Assembly: GCA_002327335.1 (NCBI GenBank)
Contig: DCVH01000032.1
Span: forward strand, 1 to 35,775
Direction of reading: 5' to 3'
Source: Patescibacteria group bacterium UBA2193
GTDB taxonomy: Bacteria > Patescibacteriota > Minisyncoccia > Moranbacterales > DUUL01
Length of the DNA: 35,775 nucleotides
A program made the position numbers and the translations under genes. A model generated the notes under the pieces. It was given only the letters and a program-made list of their open reading frames with translations. It was not told the origin of the DNA and made no database searches. Shown piece after piece: positions 1 through 9,430 of this stretch (within the stretch, counting starts at the first letter, position 1; the number at the start of each line of letters is the position of its first letter).

Positions 1-633
1 AAACCTTATTATTATTTCGACATCAAGGGTTACCGAATTATTGTTTTGGACGGTAATAATAAGCTAGGAGCAGAAGGAGCTATTGTCGATACCACTGGAG
101 ATAACCAGTCTTATCCAGGTCTTATTGACCACAACCAAATGAGTTGGCTTAGATCCCTCCTGGAAGAGTCGAGGGGTTATCAAAAAATTGTCTTTGTTCA
201 TCAGCCCTTGATAACAGAAGAAAGTAAAAATCAAGAGCAGTTATTTTTGGGAGGAAAAGAGTTGAGAAAATTATTTTCAGAAAATAAAGTAAAGGCTGTT
301 TTTTCAGGTCATACTGAAAGATTTTGTTATTTAAATGAGGATGGAGTTGATTATTATGTCTTACAGGGATTTTGGAAAGCTAATGGAGGGCTGAAAAAAG
401 AACATCAATTTAAAGATGAAGGAATTTTTAGTGAAATTTTGATTGACGGAGAGGTTGTGAGAGTTTCTGTTTTTCATAATCCAACAGCTAACGAAAAAGA
501 ATTGGACAACGGATATATGACCTTTGATTTAACTTCTGAAAATTCAAATTGTCTTGACGGAGAGAAGTTGTTTCATAAAGAAGATAAGGTTGAGGAAATT
601 GAAGAAGAAAAAAGTATCGAAGTTATTGAATAA
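1..633 (+). CDS. Metallophosphoesterase (calcineurin-like), C-terminal part; the 5' end lies outside the window
   Basis: The frame is open from nt 1 (KPYYYFDIKGYRIIVLDGNN precedes the first ATG at 46). QMSWLRSLL...IVFVHQPL and VKAVFSGHTERF match the late metal-binding motifs of this family (HHP-like and GHTH-like). The C-terminal tail is acidic. Confidence 0.65.
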   Translation, partial: KPYYYFDIKGYRIIVLDGNNKLGAEGAIVDTTGDNQSYPGLIDHNQMSWLRSLLEESRGYQKIVFVHQPLITEESKNQEQLFLGGKELRKLFSENKVKAVFSGHTERFCYLNEDGVDYYVLQGFWKANGGLKKEHQFKDEGIFSEILIDGEVVRVSVFHNPTANEKELDNGYMTFDLTSENSNCLDGEKLFHKEDKVEEIEEEKSIEVIE

Positions 634-663
634 AAAAAGAACTAAGTTAATATATTAATTTAA

Positions 664-2406
664 ATGAATAAAATAAAAGTTCATTTTAAGAAACACTGGC
701 ATCCCTATGTTTTAGCGATAATTATTTTGGTGTCATCCCTTATCCATTTTTGGAAATTCGATGCGAATCTTCTTTTCCGAGCGGATCAATCAAGGGATGC
801 TTATTATGCTAAGGAGGTTTTTGATAATGGCTTTAAATCTCTTCGGTTGCTGGGGCCTAAAGTGGATCTTGCTTATATTGATGGAGATTTGAATCCTCGA
901 GGAGAAACTTTGCATTTAGGGCCATTTTATTATTACTTACAAACATTTTTTGTTTTTCTTTTTAATGATGTTCAGCCATGGGTGATTGCTTTGCCGGATG
1001 CCCTGTTGTTTATTTTCGCAATTCCCTTATTTTATTATTTTAATATTCAATTTTTTTCCAAGAATAATAGTCTTTTGATAACAGCGCTTTTTTCTTTTTC
1101 TTTTTTTAACCTGATGTATTCAAAATTTAATTGGAATCCTAATCAACTATTTTTTTGGGAAATATTATTGGTTCTGAGTCTATTTAAGCTTATTAATTTG
1201 AAAGATGAAAAAAAAGGGAAGTGGATGATCTTTTTTGTTTTAAGCCTGCTTGTTATTTCCCAACTGCATTTTGTTGCATTCACTGGATTCGCAATTCTTT
1301 CTTTTTGTTTTTTGTTTTTTCTCCCTTTTTCTAAAATTTCTTTCAAGTTTTGGATGGCTTCGTTGTTGTTGATATTGGTTTTTAATCTGCCAATGATCAT
1401 TAGCGAAGTGAAAAATGACGGGGATAACTCAAAGCGCTTTCTGTCTGCAATAACGAGGGAGCAAAAAGAAGCAAAGTCGTTCTCCAAGAAAGTCTCAAAG
1501 ACTTATGATAAATTTGGAGAATTTTTTGCATTCAACCTAACCTCTTTTAATGAAAAAGAAATTTCTTTTGTAGAAAAAGCGGGTGGGCTTTTCTTTGTTA
1601 TCTCGATTATTTTTATCTTTTTTCTCCTTTTAAAAAATAAAACGCTAGTTTTTATTGAAAATCAGAAAATTTTTTCCTGGATTGTTTTGCTTTGGGCAGC
1701 ATGTTTCTTTCTTACTTTTTTTAGAATTTATAATAAATTGAATAACGAGCGATATTTTGTGGCAATTTCACCTTTGGTTTTTTTGATGCTTGGAGGTTGG
1801 TTTTCTTTATTAGAAAAAATAAAAATAAAGAGTTTGGGGACTTTTTTGATGGTTATTTTTACTGCTTTTCTTTTATTCTTTAATTTTCAAGCAACTTATT
1901 CTTGGTATGCTGCGTTGCATAGTAATAATCAAGAGAAAGAAATTAAGTATAGTCGCAATCTAAAGCTTGGACCACATGATGAATTAATAACTTTTGGTCA
2001 AATGAGTGATGCATTTGATTATATTGCCAGACAAGCCGAAGTTCAAAATAAAAAAGTATGTTTGCGGAATTCAAACTATCAATATAATTTAGGATTTGAA
2101 TTTATTCGAGATACAAATTACCCGGATATTATTTTTAGTCGTTTCAGTTCGACAGACAACTATTCGGATTGCTTGTATTTTATTGTCGGCAGGACATTGA
2201 AAGGAGAAAAAGATATTGAGGAAGAGTTTTTGGTTAATTTTAAAATTAAAGATTCAAAGCGTTTTAATGCTTTAACAGTTTGGGAGTTAAGCCCAATAAA
2301 TGAATCAGCTGGAAAAAATAAAGGAGTGGAAATTGAAGAGAAAGAGACAGTGTTAAGAGCTGAAACATGGGGAGATCTCTTTGGAAATCCTCCCTATAAT
2401 AAATAA
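664..2406 (+). CDS. GT-C fold membrane glycosyltransferase, ArnT/PMT_2-like (GT39/GT83-type), paralog 1
   Basis: 580 aa and strongly hydrophobic, with many TM helices. The N-terminal signature FRADQSRDA..LLGPK..LHLGPFYYY..YSKFNWNPN is shared with three downstream paralogs. A soluble C-terminal domain ends in an acidic tail. Confidence 0.7.
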   Translation: MNKIKVHFKKHWHPYVLAIIILVSSLIHFWKFDANLLFRADQSRDAYYAKEVFDNGFKSLRLLGPKVDLAYIDGDLNPRGETLHLGPFYYYLQTFFVFLFNDVQPWVIALPDALLFIFAIPLFYYFNIQFFSKNNSLLITALFSFSFFNLMYSKFNWNPNQLFFWEILLVLSLFKLINLKDEKKGKWMIFFVLSLLVISQLHFVAFTGFAILSFCFLFFLPFSKISFKFWMASLLLILVFNLPMIISEVKNDGDNSKRFLSAITREQKEAKSFSKKVSKTYDKFGEFFAFNLTSFNEKEISFVEKAGGLFFVISIIFIFFLLLKNKTLVFIENQKIFSWIVLLWAACFFLTFFRIYNKLNNERYFVAISPLVFLMLGGWFSLLEKIKIKSLGTFLMVIFTAFLLFFNFQATYSWYAALHSNNQEKEIKYSRNLKLGPHDELITFGQMSDAFDYIARQAEVQNKKVCLRNSNYQYNLGFEFIRDTNYPDIIFSRFSSTDNYSDCLYFIVGRTLKGEKDIEEEFLVNFKIKDSKRFNALTVWELSPINESAGKNKGVEIEEKETVLRAETWGDLFGNPPYNK

Positions 2407-2416
2407 AAATGATTAA

Positions 2417-4015
2417 ATGAAAAAAAACTGGCATTTTTTGGTTTTATTGGCAATTATAATTATTGCAATTTTTGTTAGAACCTATAATTATCATAATTGG
2501 TTATATTTTGAAGCTGATCAAGCAAGGAATGCAAAAAATTCAATAGAGGCAATAGAGGAAGGAGTCCAAAAAATTCCATTGTTGGGTCCAAAGGCGGGCG
2601 GGACTGATTTCCACCTAGGCCCCATTTCTTATTATTTTGAGTATGCATCCGGACTAATTTTTGGTATTGATTCCCCAGAAGTTTTCGCTTTTTCTAACTT
2701 ATTTTTTATTTTATTGGCCATTCCGCTTAGTTATTATTTTCTAAATTTATTTTTTGTAAAAGAGCAGAGTCTTTTGATTACAGCAATTTTTGCTTCTTCT
2801 TATTTGATAACGCAATATTCTCGTTTTTCTTGGAACCCAAATTCGATTATATTTTGGGGGTTACTTTTTATTGTGAGTGTTTACAAGACAGTTTCCGATA
2901 AGAATAAAAAACATATTGGATGGTGGCTTCTTTTGGTGAGTTTGAGCTATGGGATTGTCAGTCAACTTCATGTAATGGCTCTTTTGGGCTTTCCTTTGGT
3001 GGCACTATTTTTTTGGTTTTTTTATCATCCGTTAAATATAAATTGGAAATTTTGGGCCGGAGCTGTTTTAATTTTTCTTGTTTTATATTCACCATTAATT
3101 GTTTATGACGTGAAGACAAATGGTGATAACACAAGAGAGTTCATAAAAGCATTTAGCGTTAAGTCAGAAAAAAGAAGTTTTTTTGAAAAAATAGGAAAAA
3201 CAACAGAACAGTATGGCAAGTATTATTCATTAAGTATTTTTTCTATTAACGAAAAAGAACTGAAGGATGTGCGATGGCTTGGCTATTTGTTGATAAGTTT
3301 TTCTTTTGGTGCGAGTTTTGTTTTGGTGCGAAGAAATAAAAAAGAAAGAAATAATGTTAACTCGTTACCCAATGAATTTTTTGTTTTAATTGGAGGGTGG
3401 TTTTTGGTATTTCTTCTTTTGAATTACAAATTGGCTTTTGAAATTGACCAGCCAAGATTTTGGTTCTCATCTTTTTTTATTCCATATATTTTACTAGCCA
3501 TTCTGATTAAAAGTGTTTGGAGTAATAAAATAGGAAAAATAATTTCAATTTTTATTTGTATTTTTATTGTTACAATAAATTTAAGTGCTGTATTGAATTG
3601 GTATGAGGGGATGAAAAATCAAGATGAGAAAAACAGGTTTAGCAGAAAAATTTCAAGTACTTCTTTAATTCAAAGCGATTTTATTGCTTACGGTAAAATG
3701 GAAGAGTCGGTCGATTGGATAAGAGAAGAATCAAGAAGTAGTAAGAATGTTGCTTGTTTTAATAGTCCATCGACTTATTTGGCTTCTTATAAGTTTATTT
3801 TCGACAGAAACTATCCTGATTTTGAGGCAAAGCGCATTAACAAAACAATAGAAATGAACTTAGCTGATAATTGTGATATTTTTGTCATCGACCATGGCAA
3901 TAATTCAGCGGATGAGATAACTAATAGATTTTTTCAAAAAGGAGTAAAAATAAGCCTTAAAAAGGGCTACCAAACAGGATTAATAACTATTTGGAAAGCC
4001 TCTTTTGAGAAATAG
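2417..4015 (+). CDS. GT-C fold membrane glycosyltransferase, ArnT/PMT_2-like, paralog 2
   Basis: 532 aa. It carries the same signature (FEADQARNA..LLGPK..HLGPISYYF..YSRFSWNPN). It starts 10 nt after paralog 1 and lacks the acidic C-terminal tail of the others. Confidence 0.7.
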   Translation: MKKNWHFLVLLAIIIIAIFVRTYNYHNWLYFEADQARNAKNSIEAIEEGVQKIPLLGPKAGGTDFHLGPISYYFEYASGLIFGIDSPEVFAFSNLFFILLAIPLSYYFLNLFFVKEQSLLITAIFASSYLITQYSRFSWNPNSIIFWGLLFIVSVYKTVSDKNKKHIGWWLLLVSLSYGIVSQLHVMALLGFPLVALFFWFFYHPLNINWKFWAGAVLIFLVLYSPLIVYDVKTNGDNTREFIKAFSVKSEKRSFFEKIGKTTEQYGKYYSLSIFSINEKELKDVRWLGYLLISFSFGASFVLVRRNKKERNNVNSLPNEFFVLIGGWFLVFLLLNYKLAFEIDQPRFWFSSFFIPYILLAILIKSVWSNKIGKIISIFICIFIVTINLSAVLNWYEGMKNQDEKNRFSRKISSTSLIQSDFIAYGKMEESVDWIREESRSSKNVACFNSPSTYLASYKFIFDRNYPDFEAKRINKTIEMNLADNCDIFVIDHGNNSADEITNRFFQKGVKISLKKGYQTGLITIWKASFEK

Positions 4016-4093
4016 GTTGAAAAGAGAAAAATATTGATAAAAGTCTTCATTTCTGTAATAATGAGGAATATCTATTTTTATTTAAGATAAAAA

Positions 4094-5905
4094 ATGTTAA
4101 AAAATATTTACAATGAAATAAACAAAAGTAAGAAGACAACAGCAGGATTGTTTTTGATAATTTTCTTGATCGGAATTTTCTTAAGAGTTTATCAATATCA
4201 TGATTGGCTTTTCTTTAAGTGGGACCAGGCTCGAGATGCGATGATTATTTCTGAGGCGATTGAAAATGGACCGAACTATCTTCCCCTTCTAGGTCCTCGC
4301 GCTACAAAAGTTGGAGATGACTATCTTCGCCTTGGACCAGCCTTTTATTATTCTCAATATGTTTTTGGGGCAATGTTTAATTCAACTGCACCAGAAGTAT
4401 TCGCTCTCCCCGATACATTTTTTGCAATTTTGACCATCCCTTTACTTTTCTTGTTTTTAAGATTGTATTTTAATAGAGTTAATTCTCTTTTAGGAACAAC
4501 TCTTTATGCATTTTCCTTTTTGGTTGTGCAATATTCTCGTTTTGCTTGGAATCCTAACTCCGTGCCTTTTTTTATGTTGCTTACTTTTTATGGAATGTTG
4601 ATGACATTGCGTTCTAGTGAATGTAGAAAGAAACTTCTTTGGCTTTTGGTGTGGATGTCATCAGTGGCAATTGTTACGCAATATCACTTCTTCGCCTTTT
4701 TCGGACTTATTGCTATTATGGCAGCCTATTTTTTCTTTTATCTGGAGCCTTGGAAGATAAGAGGGTTTTTAATTAAGCTTAAAGGAATTTTTAATAAAAA
4801 AACTATCGGATATGTTTTAGTTTCTTTGTTCGTTTTTTTGTTTATTTATACTCCAGTGATAATAAGTGACATGAAAACTGACGGGAGCAATGTGAAAAAC
4901 TTTGTTGGAGCTTTCGTTGAAAAGCCAAGAGACGACAAGAATTTTGGGGAGAAGCTTATAAGAAATTTCAGAGAGCAAGGGAAGAATTACAATTTAATAG
5001 CAACGTCTTTTTGGACGAGAGAGGGGAAAAAGGCTGATCCTTATCCGGTTGGGTTTGGATTGTTTTTGATGATCAGTGGCATAGTTCTCTCTTTATGGCA
5101 GAGAAATAAAACTAACAACGAAAATAAAAGAGACTTTTTATTGTTAATGCCAGTTTGGATTATTATGTTTTTTTTAATTACTATTTCTGTTTCATATCAA
5201 CTTCGTCCGAGATATTTTGTGCCGGTTTTTCCAGTGCCATTCATTGTTTTGGTTTTATGGTTTAGTTTTTTGAGAAAAAAAATTGCAAAAGGAGGCTTAG
5301 CTTTTGTGTTAGTGATATTTTCTGCTTTTCTTTTAATGAATTTCTATGGAATAGCGGCTTGGTTTAAAGATCAACATATTTCACAGCAGAGAAGTTTTTC
5401 TGTTGATAGGGATTTTATTCTTAAAAAACAGGACGGTGTTACTTTGGGACAATTAGAAAGGGCTGTTGACTATATTCATAAAAATTTTGAAGGAACAAGG
5501 GTTGCTTTTTATTCAAAGGCAGAATATAAACAGCCCATTATCTACTTAGTGAGTCAAATAAAGCCGAACAGGTTAAAAGAAGAAGCAGATCACATCGGCA
5601 GTGCCAGAGATTTAGTTGGTTATAGTGAACTTTTTGTTGTTGGAACCGTGAAAGGAGGGGTTAAATCTATTCCGAAAGATATTGAGGCATGTGTCGAAAT
5701 TGTTTTATCTGAAGAATTTGGCCAAGTAATGGTCTTCAAGATGAAAATTGATCAAAATAAGGTTTCTGAGTTTATTAAAAATTCTGAAAACAAGGGAGGA
5801 AAGGAAGATTTAAAGGAAAACAATGAAGCATCTTCAGAAGAGGAGGACGAGGTGGAAGTGGAAGACGGAAAGACAGAGAGATTGCTCTGGAAGGATGTTT
5901 TTTAA
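4094..5905 (+). CDS. GT-C fold membrane glycosyltransferase, ArnT/PMT_2-like, paralog 3
   Basis: 603 aa. Signature FKWDQARDA..LLGPR..RLGPAFYYS..YSRFAWNPN. The acidic tail ends in ERLLWKDVF. Confidence 0.7.
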   Translation: MLKNIYNEINKSKKTTAGLFLIIFLIGIFLRVYQYHDWLFFKWDQARDAMIISEAIENGPNYLPLLGPRATKVGDDYLRLGPAFYYSQYVFGAMFNSTAPEVFALPDTFFAILTIPLLFLFLRLYFNRVNSLLGTTLYAFSFLVVQYSRFAWNPNSVPFFMLLTFYGMLMTLRSSECRKKLLWLLVWMSSVAIVTQYHFFAFFGLIAIMAAYFFFYLEPWKIRGFLIKLKGIFNKKTIGYVLVSLFVFLFIYTPVIISDMKTDGSNVKNFVGAFVEKPRDDKNFGEKLIRNFREQGKNYNLIATSFWTREGKKADPYPVGFGLFLMISGIVLSLWQRNKTNNENKRDFLLLMPVWIIMFFLITISVSYQLRPRYFVPVFPVPFIVLVLWFSFLRKKIAKGGLAFVLVIFSAFLLMNFYGIAAWFKDQHISQQRSFSVDRDFILKKQDGVTLGQLERAVDYIHKNFEGTRVAFYSKAEYKQPIIYLVSQIKPNRLKEEADHIGSARDLVGYSELFVVGTVKGGVKSIPKDIEACVEIVLSEEFGQVMVFKMKIDQNKVSEFIKNSENKGGKEDLKENNEASSEEEDEVEVEDGKTERLLWKDVF

Positions 5906-5920
5906 TCTAAAATTAAATTT

Positions 5921-7042
5921 ATGGATAAAAATGCTTTAACCATTATCTTGCCGACATTTAATGAAAAAGATAATGTTGGTCCGATTTTGCAAGGAATTAA
6001 AAATGCTATGAATGGGAAAGGGATTTCTTTTGATATTTTGTTTGTGGATGATAGCAGTGATGAGACACCGGAAGAAATCAATAAGCAGATTCAGATTAAT
6101 TCAGACATCAATATTCAGATGATTCATAGACCCAAAGAGGAAAGAACTGGTTTGGCAACTGCTTTTATTGAAGGATTTAAAAAGGCTCAAGGAGATTATA
6201 TTTGCTGCTTGGACAGTGATTTGCAACATCCTCCAAGCGTTATTCCAGCTCTTTTTGAAAAAATAGTTGAAAAAAAAGCGGACATATCAGTCGCAACTCG
6301 ATATACAAAAGGAGGAAGTGCCGAAGGGCTGGGGAGTTTAAAGACTTTCTATGGGGTTTATCGTCGAGCAGTTTCTTTGGGTTTCAAATATTTCACTCAA
6401 ATAATTTTTATTCCAACTAGGAAAACATCAGATCCGCTTGGAGGTTTTTTTCTTTTTAAGAAAAGTATTCTAGATGGAGTCGAATTATATCCAAAAGGAT
6501 TCAAGATTCTTGTTGAGGTTTTGATGCGAGCCAATTTCGATAAGGTGGTTGAAGTTCCCTATACATTTCTTGCAAGGGAAAATGACGAAAGCAAGGCGAC
6601 GCTTAAACAGGGATTGGAATTTTTCAAACATCTTTGGAATATTTTTTTTACTGTGCCGGAAGCAGGAAGATTTGTGAAATTCTGCATTGTTGGTGGAAGC
6701 GGAGTAGTGGTTAATATCGGAATTTTGTATTTTCTGGTTGAATTTTATGATCTTAACAAAAATGTTGCTTGGGCAATTGCGGTGATTCTTTCGATTTTAA
6801 CCAATTATATCCTGAACACCCTTTTCACTTATGGTGATAAAAAATCTCCGACCAGAAAAGAGAGCTTGAGGAGAGTGACTCTTTATTATTTAATTTCTTT
6901 CTTTTCAATGATATTTAACTGGGCGGTATTTACCGGAGTTATGTATTTTGGCATTCATTATGTATTGGCCGCTTTCTTGGGAATTCTTGTGGCAACGGCA
7001 GTAAATTTTATTTTAGTCACCAAGTTGGTTTGGCGACTTTGA
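5921..7042 (+). CDS. GT2 polyprenyl-phosphate glycosyltransferase (Dpm1/ArnC-like) fused to a C-terminal GtrA-like 4-TM domain
   Basis: LTIILPTFNEKDN, FVDDSSDETPE and DSDLQHPP are GT-A/GT2 signatures (DxD-type). The last ~125 aa (FVKFCIVGGSGVVVNIGILYFLVE...) form four hydrophobic helices typical of GtrA. Confidence 0.8.
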   Translation: MDKNALTIILPTFNEKDNVGPILQGIKNAMNGKGISFDILFVDDSSDETPEEINKQIQINSDINIQMIHRPKEERTGLATAFIEGFKKAQGDYICCLDSDLQHPPSVIPALFEKIVEKKADISVATRYTKGGSAEGLGSLKTFYGVYRRAVSLGFKYFTQIIFIPTRKTSDPLGGFFLFKKSILDGVELYPKGFKILVEVLMRANFDKVVEVPYTFLARENDESKATLKQGLEFFKHLWNIFFTVPEAGRFVKFCIVGGSGVVVNIGILYFLVEFYDLNKNVAWAIAVILSILTNYILNTLFTYGDKKSPTRKESLRRVTLYYLISFFSMIFNWAVFTGVMYFGIHYVLAAFLGILVATAVNFILVTKLVWRL

Positions 7043-7090
7043 TAATTGGTATAATTATCACTTAATGTAAAAGTTGTACGAGCTATGATC

Positions 7091-7161
7091 GGATCCCACA
7101 CAAGTAAGTTATTTTGCCAAACGTTCCTAAGGTGTCAAAATAACTTACTTGTGTGGGATTC
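7091..7161. repeat. Long inverted repeat / stem-loop between the GT2-GtrA gene and GT-C paralog 4
   Basis: ATCCCACACAAGTAAGTTATTTTG (7093-7116) is perfectly complementary to CAAAATAACTTACTTGTGTGGGAT (7136-7159). Flanking G-U and G-C pairs extend the stem. The loop is 19 nt and no U-tract follows. Confidence 0.8.
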
Positions 7162-7241
7162 CTGTGGTTATTAGCTGGGAGCATATAGCAATATATTGTA
7201 TTAAGTTGATAGGAGTAGATTATGGTTAAACATAAAAATAG

Positions 7242-8999
7242 ATGGATAAAATTATTGATTTTATAAAAAAACATTGGCTTATTTTGGCTTTTGTTTTTGT
7301 CATCATCGGAGCATTTGCCATAAGAAGCTATAATTTCAGTGATTGGCTTTATTTCAAGTCTGATCAAGTTCGAGATGCAAAATTGGCGGCAATGGCTTTT
7401 GAAAATGGTCCAGGAGAGCTTCCTTTGTTGGGGCCAAGAGCGGCTGGAACATTTTTGAGACTCGGACCGATTTTCTATTATGAAGAATATTTATCAGCTA
7501 AAATTTTTAACAGTATTGAACCACATGTTTTTGCTTTTCCTGATTTGCTGTTTTCTCTTTTAACAATTCCGCTTTTTTTTATTTTTCTTAGAATCTTTTT
7601 TTCTCAAAAAATTTCTTTTTTGACAACAACTCTGTATGCTTTTTCCTTTATCATCATTCAGTATTCTCGTTTTGCTTGGAATCCAAATCAACTGCCTTTT
7701 TGGGGGTTATTTTTCTTGCTCTCTCTTTTAAAATCGCACAGTGAAGTGGACAGAAAAAAAGCGGGGTGGTGGTTGGTTCTTGCAGGGCTTAGTTATGGGA
7801 TTGTCAGTCAACTTCATTTTATTGCTTTTGTTGGATTTCCTGTTGTTGCTTTTTTGTTTTGGATTTTTTATTTTCCAAGAAAAATTAACTGGAAGTATTG
7901 GCTTGGCGCAATTGCCGTTGGTGCTTTTTTGTATATCCCTGTTATTTTAAGTGATATTAGCACGGGAGGAGACAGTTTGCGACAATTCATTTATGCAGTT
8001 ACTTCAAAAACAGAAGGACGGGCGTTGGGATTGTTTGAAAATTGCAGAATTATTGTCATTTCCCTCTTTATGTTTTTAACCTCTTTCGGTCACAAAGAAG
8101 GAATTGTTTCTGCTTTAGCCGGCATTTTCCTTGTTGTTTTTGGAGTCGGGGCGCTTGTTTATTTTTGGAAAAAAGAAAAAGAGGCTCGACCGTTTATTTA
8201 TCTAACTCTAGTTTGGTTTTTTGTTTTTATTCTTTTACAAATAAAAACGAATATTAGTTTAAAGCCAAGATTTTTCTTGCCGATTGCTTTCTTGCCGTTC
8301 ATTTTTTGGGGAGCAATTTTAAAAGCAGTAGAAAGTTTTGGCTATAAGGCAATTACCCTTGTTGCATATTGTTCTTTTGTTGTTCTTTTGTTGATGAATT
8401 TTAATGGGATAAAGATCTGGATTTCGTTTTTATCTAGCCAAGACCCTTCTCAAATTAGTCGAAATATTTTTTTACAACAAGATGACGGAAAAACTTTTGG
8501 AAAGATAAAAGAAGCGACTGAATTTATGGCAAAGAAAGGACGGGAATCGAAAAAAACAGTTTGTTTTTATGCCGGGGAGGATTACAAACGTTCCTACGAA
8601 TATATTTTTGATGTCTATTATCCGGATGTGAAATATGACAGAATTAGTAAGGCAATAAAAGACAAGAGTGATTGTATTTATTTCTCAATCGCAACTGCAA
8701 AAGAGGAATCCAAACTGATTTCAAGCCGTTACGTTGATTATTTTGATTTTGGAAATTCTCATGAGTTTGGGACAATCGCGGTTTGGGAGATTTATCCGAG
8801 AGAAGCTTTTATAAATTATGATAAAGACGAGGATGAAAGCAGGGAGGAAAAACTTCAGGAAGAAGATGATGTTTTGGAGGAAGAGTTGGGTGTTATTGAG
8901 CAGGAAATAGAGGAGGGTGGCAACAAAGAAAACAAGCCTCCGCGAAGAAAGGAGCGAGTTTTTTGGAAAGACGTTTTTGTTCCAACGGATGCAGAATAA
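7242..8999 (+). CDS. GT-C fold membrane glycosyltransferase, ArnT/PMT_2-like, paralog 4
   Basis: 585 aa. Signature FKSDQVRDA..LLGPR..RLGPIFYYE..YSRFAWNPN. The start aligns with the paralog N-termini. The acidic tail ends in ERVFWKDVF. Confidence 0.7.
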   Translation: MDKIIDFIKKHWLILAFVFVIIGAFAIRSYNFSDWLYFKSDQVRDAKLAAMAFENGPGELPLLGPRAAGTFLRLGPIFYYEEYLSAKIFNSIEPHVFAFPDLLFSLLTIPLFFIFLRIFFSQKISFLTTTLYAFSFIIIQYSRFAWNPNQLPFWGLFFLLSLLKSHSEVDRKKAGWWLVLAGLSYGIVSQLHFIAFVGFPVVAFLFWIFYFPRKINWKYWLGAIAVGAFLYIPVILSDISTGGDSLRQFIYAVTSKTEGRALGLFENCRIIVISLFMFLTSFGHKEGIVSALAGIFLVVFGVGALVYFWKKEKEARPFIYLTLVWFFVFILLQIKTNISLKPRFFLPIAFLPFIFWGAILKAVESFGYKAITLVAYCSFVVLLLMNFNGIKIWISFLSSQDPSQISRNIFLQQDDGKTFGKIKEATEFMAKKGRESKKTVCFYAGEDYKRSYEYIFDVYYPDVKYDRISKAIKDKSDCIYFSIATAKEESKLISSRYVDYFDFGNSHEFGTIAVWEIYPREAFINYDKDEDESREEKLQEEDDVLEEELGVIEQEIEEGGNKENKPPRRKERVFWKDVFVPTDAE

Positions 9000-9001
9000 A
9001 A

Positions 9002-9421
9002 TTATTGTTTTGTTTTTTTTCTTGATTGAGAAAGAAGATCTTTGAGAAAAAAAAGAATAATTCCACCAGTTATCATTATGTCGGCAATATTGAAAGTAGG
9101 GAATGAATAAAGATTTATATAATCAACTACGCACCCTTTTGTTATCCGGTCAATAATATTTGAAATTGCTCCAAAAAGAACAATTAGTAAAAATAAGTCA
9201 AAAGATTTTAGAAGAGAATAGAGGATGGTCAGGATAATTCCTGTCCAGATAGTCCAGAAAAGTATTTCATTTATCGGAATGCTCCAAGCAATGTTGAAGT
9301 TACAGGAATTAATCAAAAACCCTTCCGTTTCCGGAAAGGGTTTTTTTATCGAAAGGTATTTAACTATTTGATCAATCAATAATAAACTGGTAGCTATTAA
9401 AAGATAAAACCAATTTTTCAT
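9002..9421 (-). CDS. lspA: Lipoprotein signal peptidase (signal peptidase II)
   Basis: 139 aa with 4 TM helices. CNFNIAWSIP and VVDYINL...FPTFNIADIMITGG match the two conserved LspA boxes that include the catalytic Asp residues. Confidence 0.85.
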   Translation of the reverse strand: MKNWFYLLIATSLLLIDQIVKYLSIKKPFPETEGFLINSCNFNIAWSIPINEILFWTIWTGIILTILYSLLKSFDLFLLIVLFGAISNIIDRITKGCVVDYINLYSFPTFNIADIMITGGIILFFLKDLLSQSRKKTKQ

Positions 9422-9430
9422 TTTTTGAAG

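Noticed and set aside
1143-1487. Antisense or out-of-frame ORFs nested in well-supported genes. Examples are 1143-1487, 2920-3108, 7741-8257, 9573-9911, 10313-10620, 11191-11445, 13264-13599, 13941-14357, 15131-16609, 19323-20142, 21802-22466, 26950-27324, 28981-29746 and 33160-35115.
   Set aside because: They are fully overlapped by ORFs with clear family motifs and have no SD. Their composition is low-complexity (Ser/Phe/Leu/Ile-rich), as expected from reading AT-rich coding DNA in the wrong frame.
7083-7367. A 94-aa minus-strand ORF in the gap before GT-C paralog 4.
   Set aside because: It reads straight through the inverted repeat (24-bp perfect core) and overlaps the start of paralog 4. 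It has no SD and an implausible composition.
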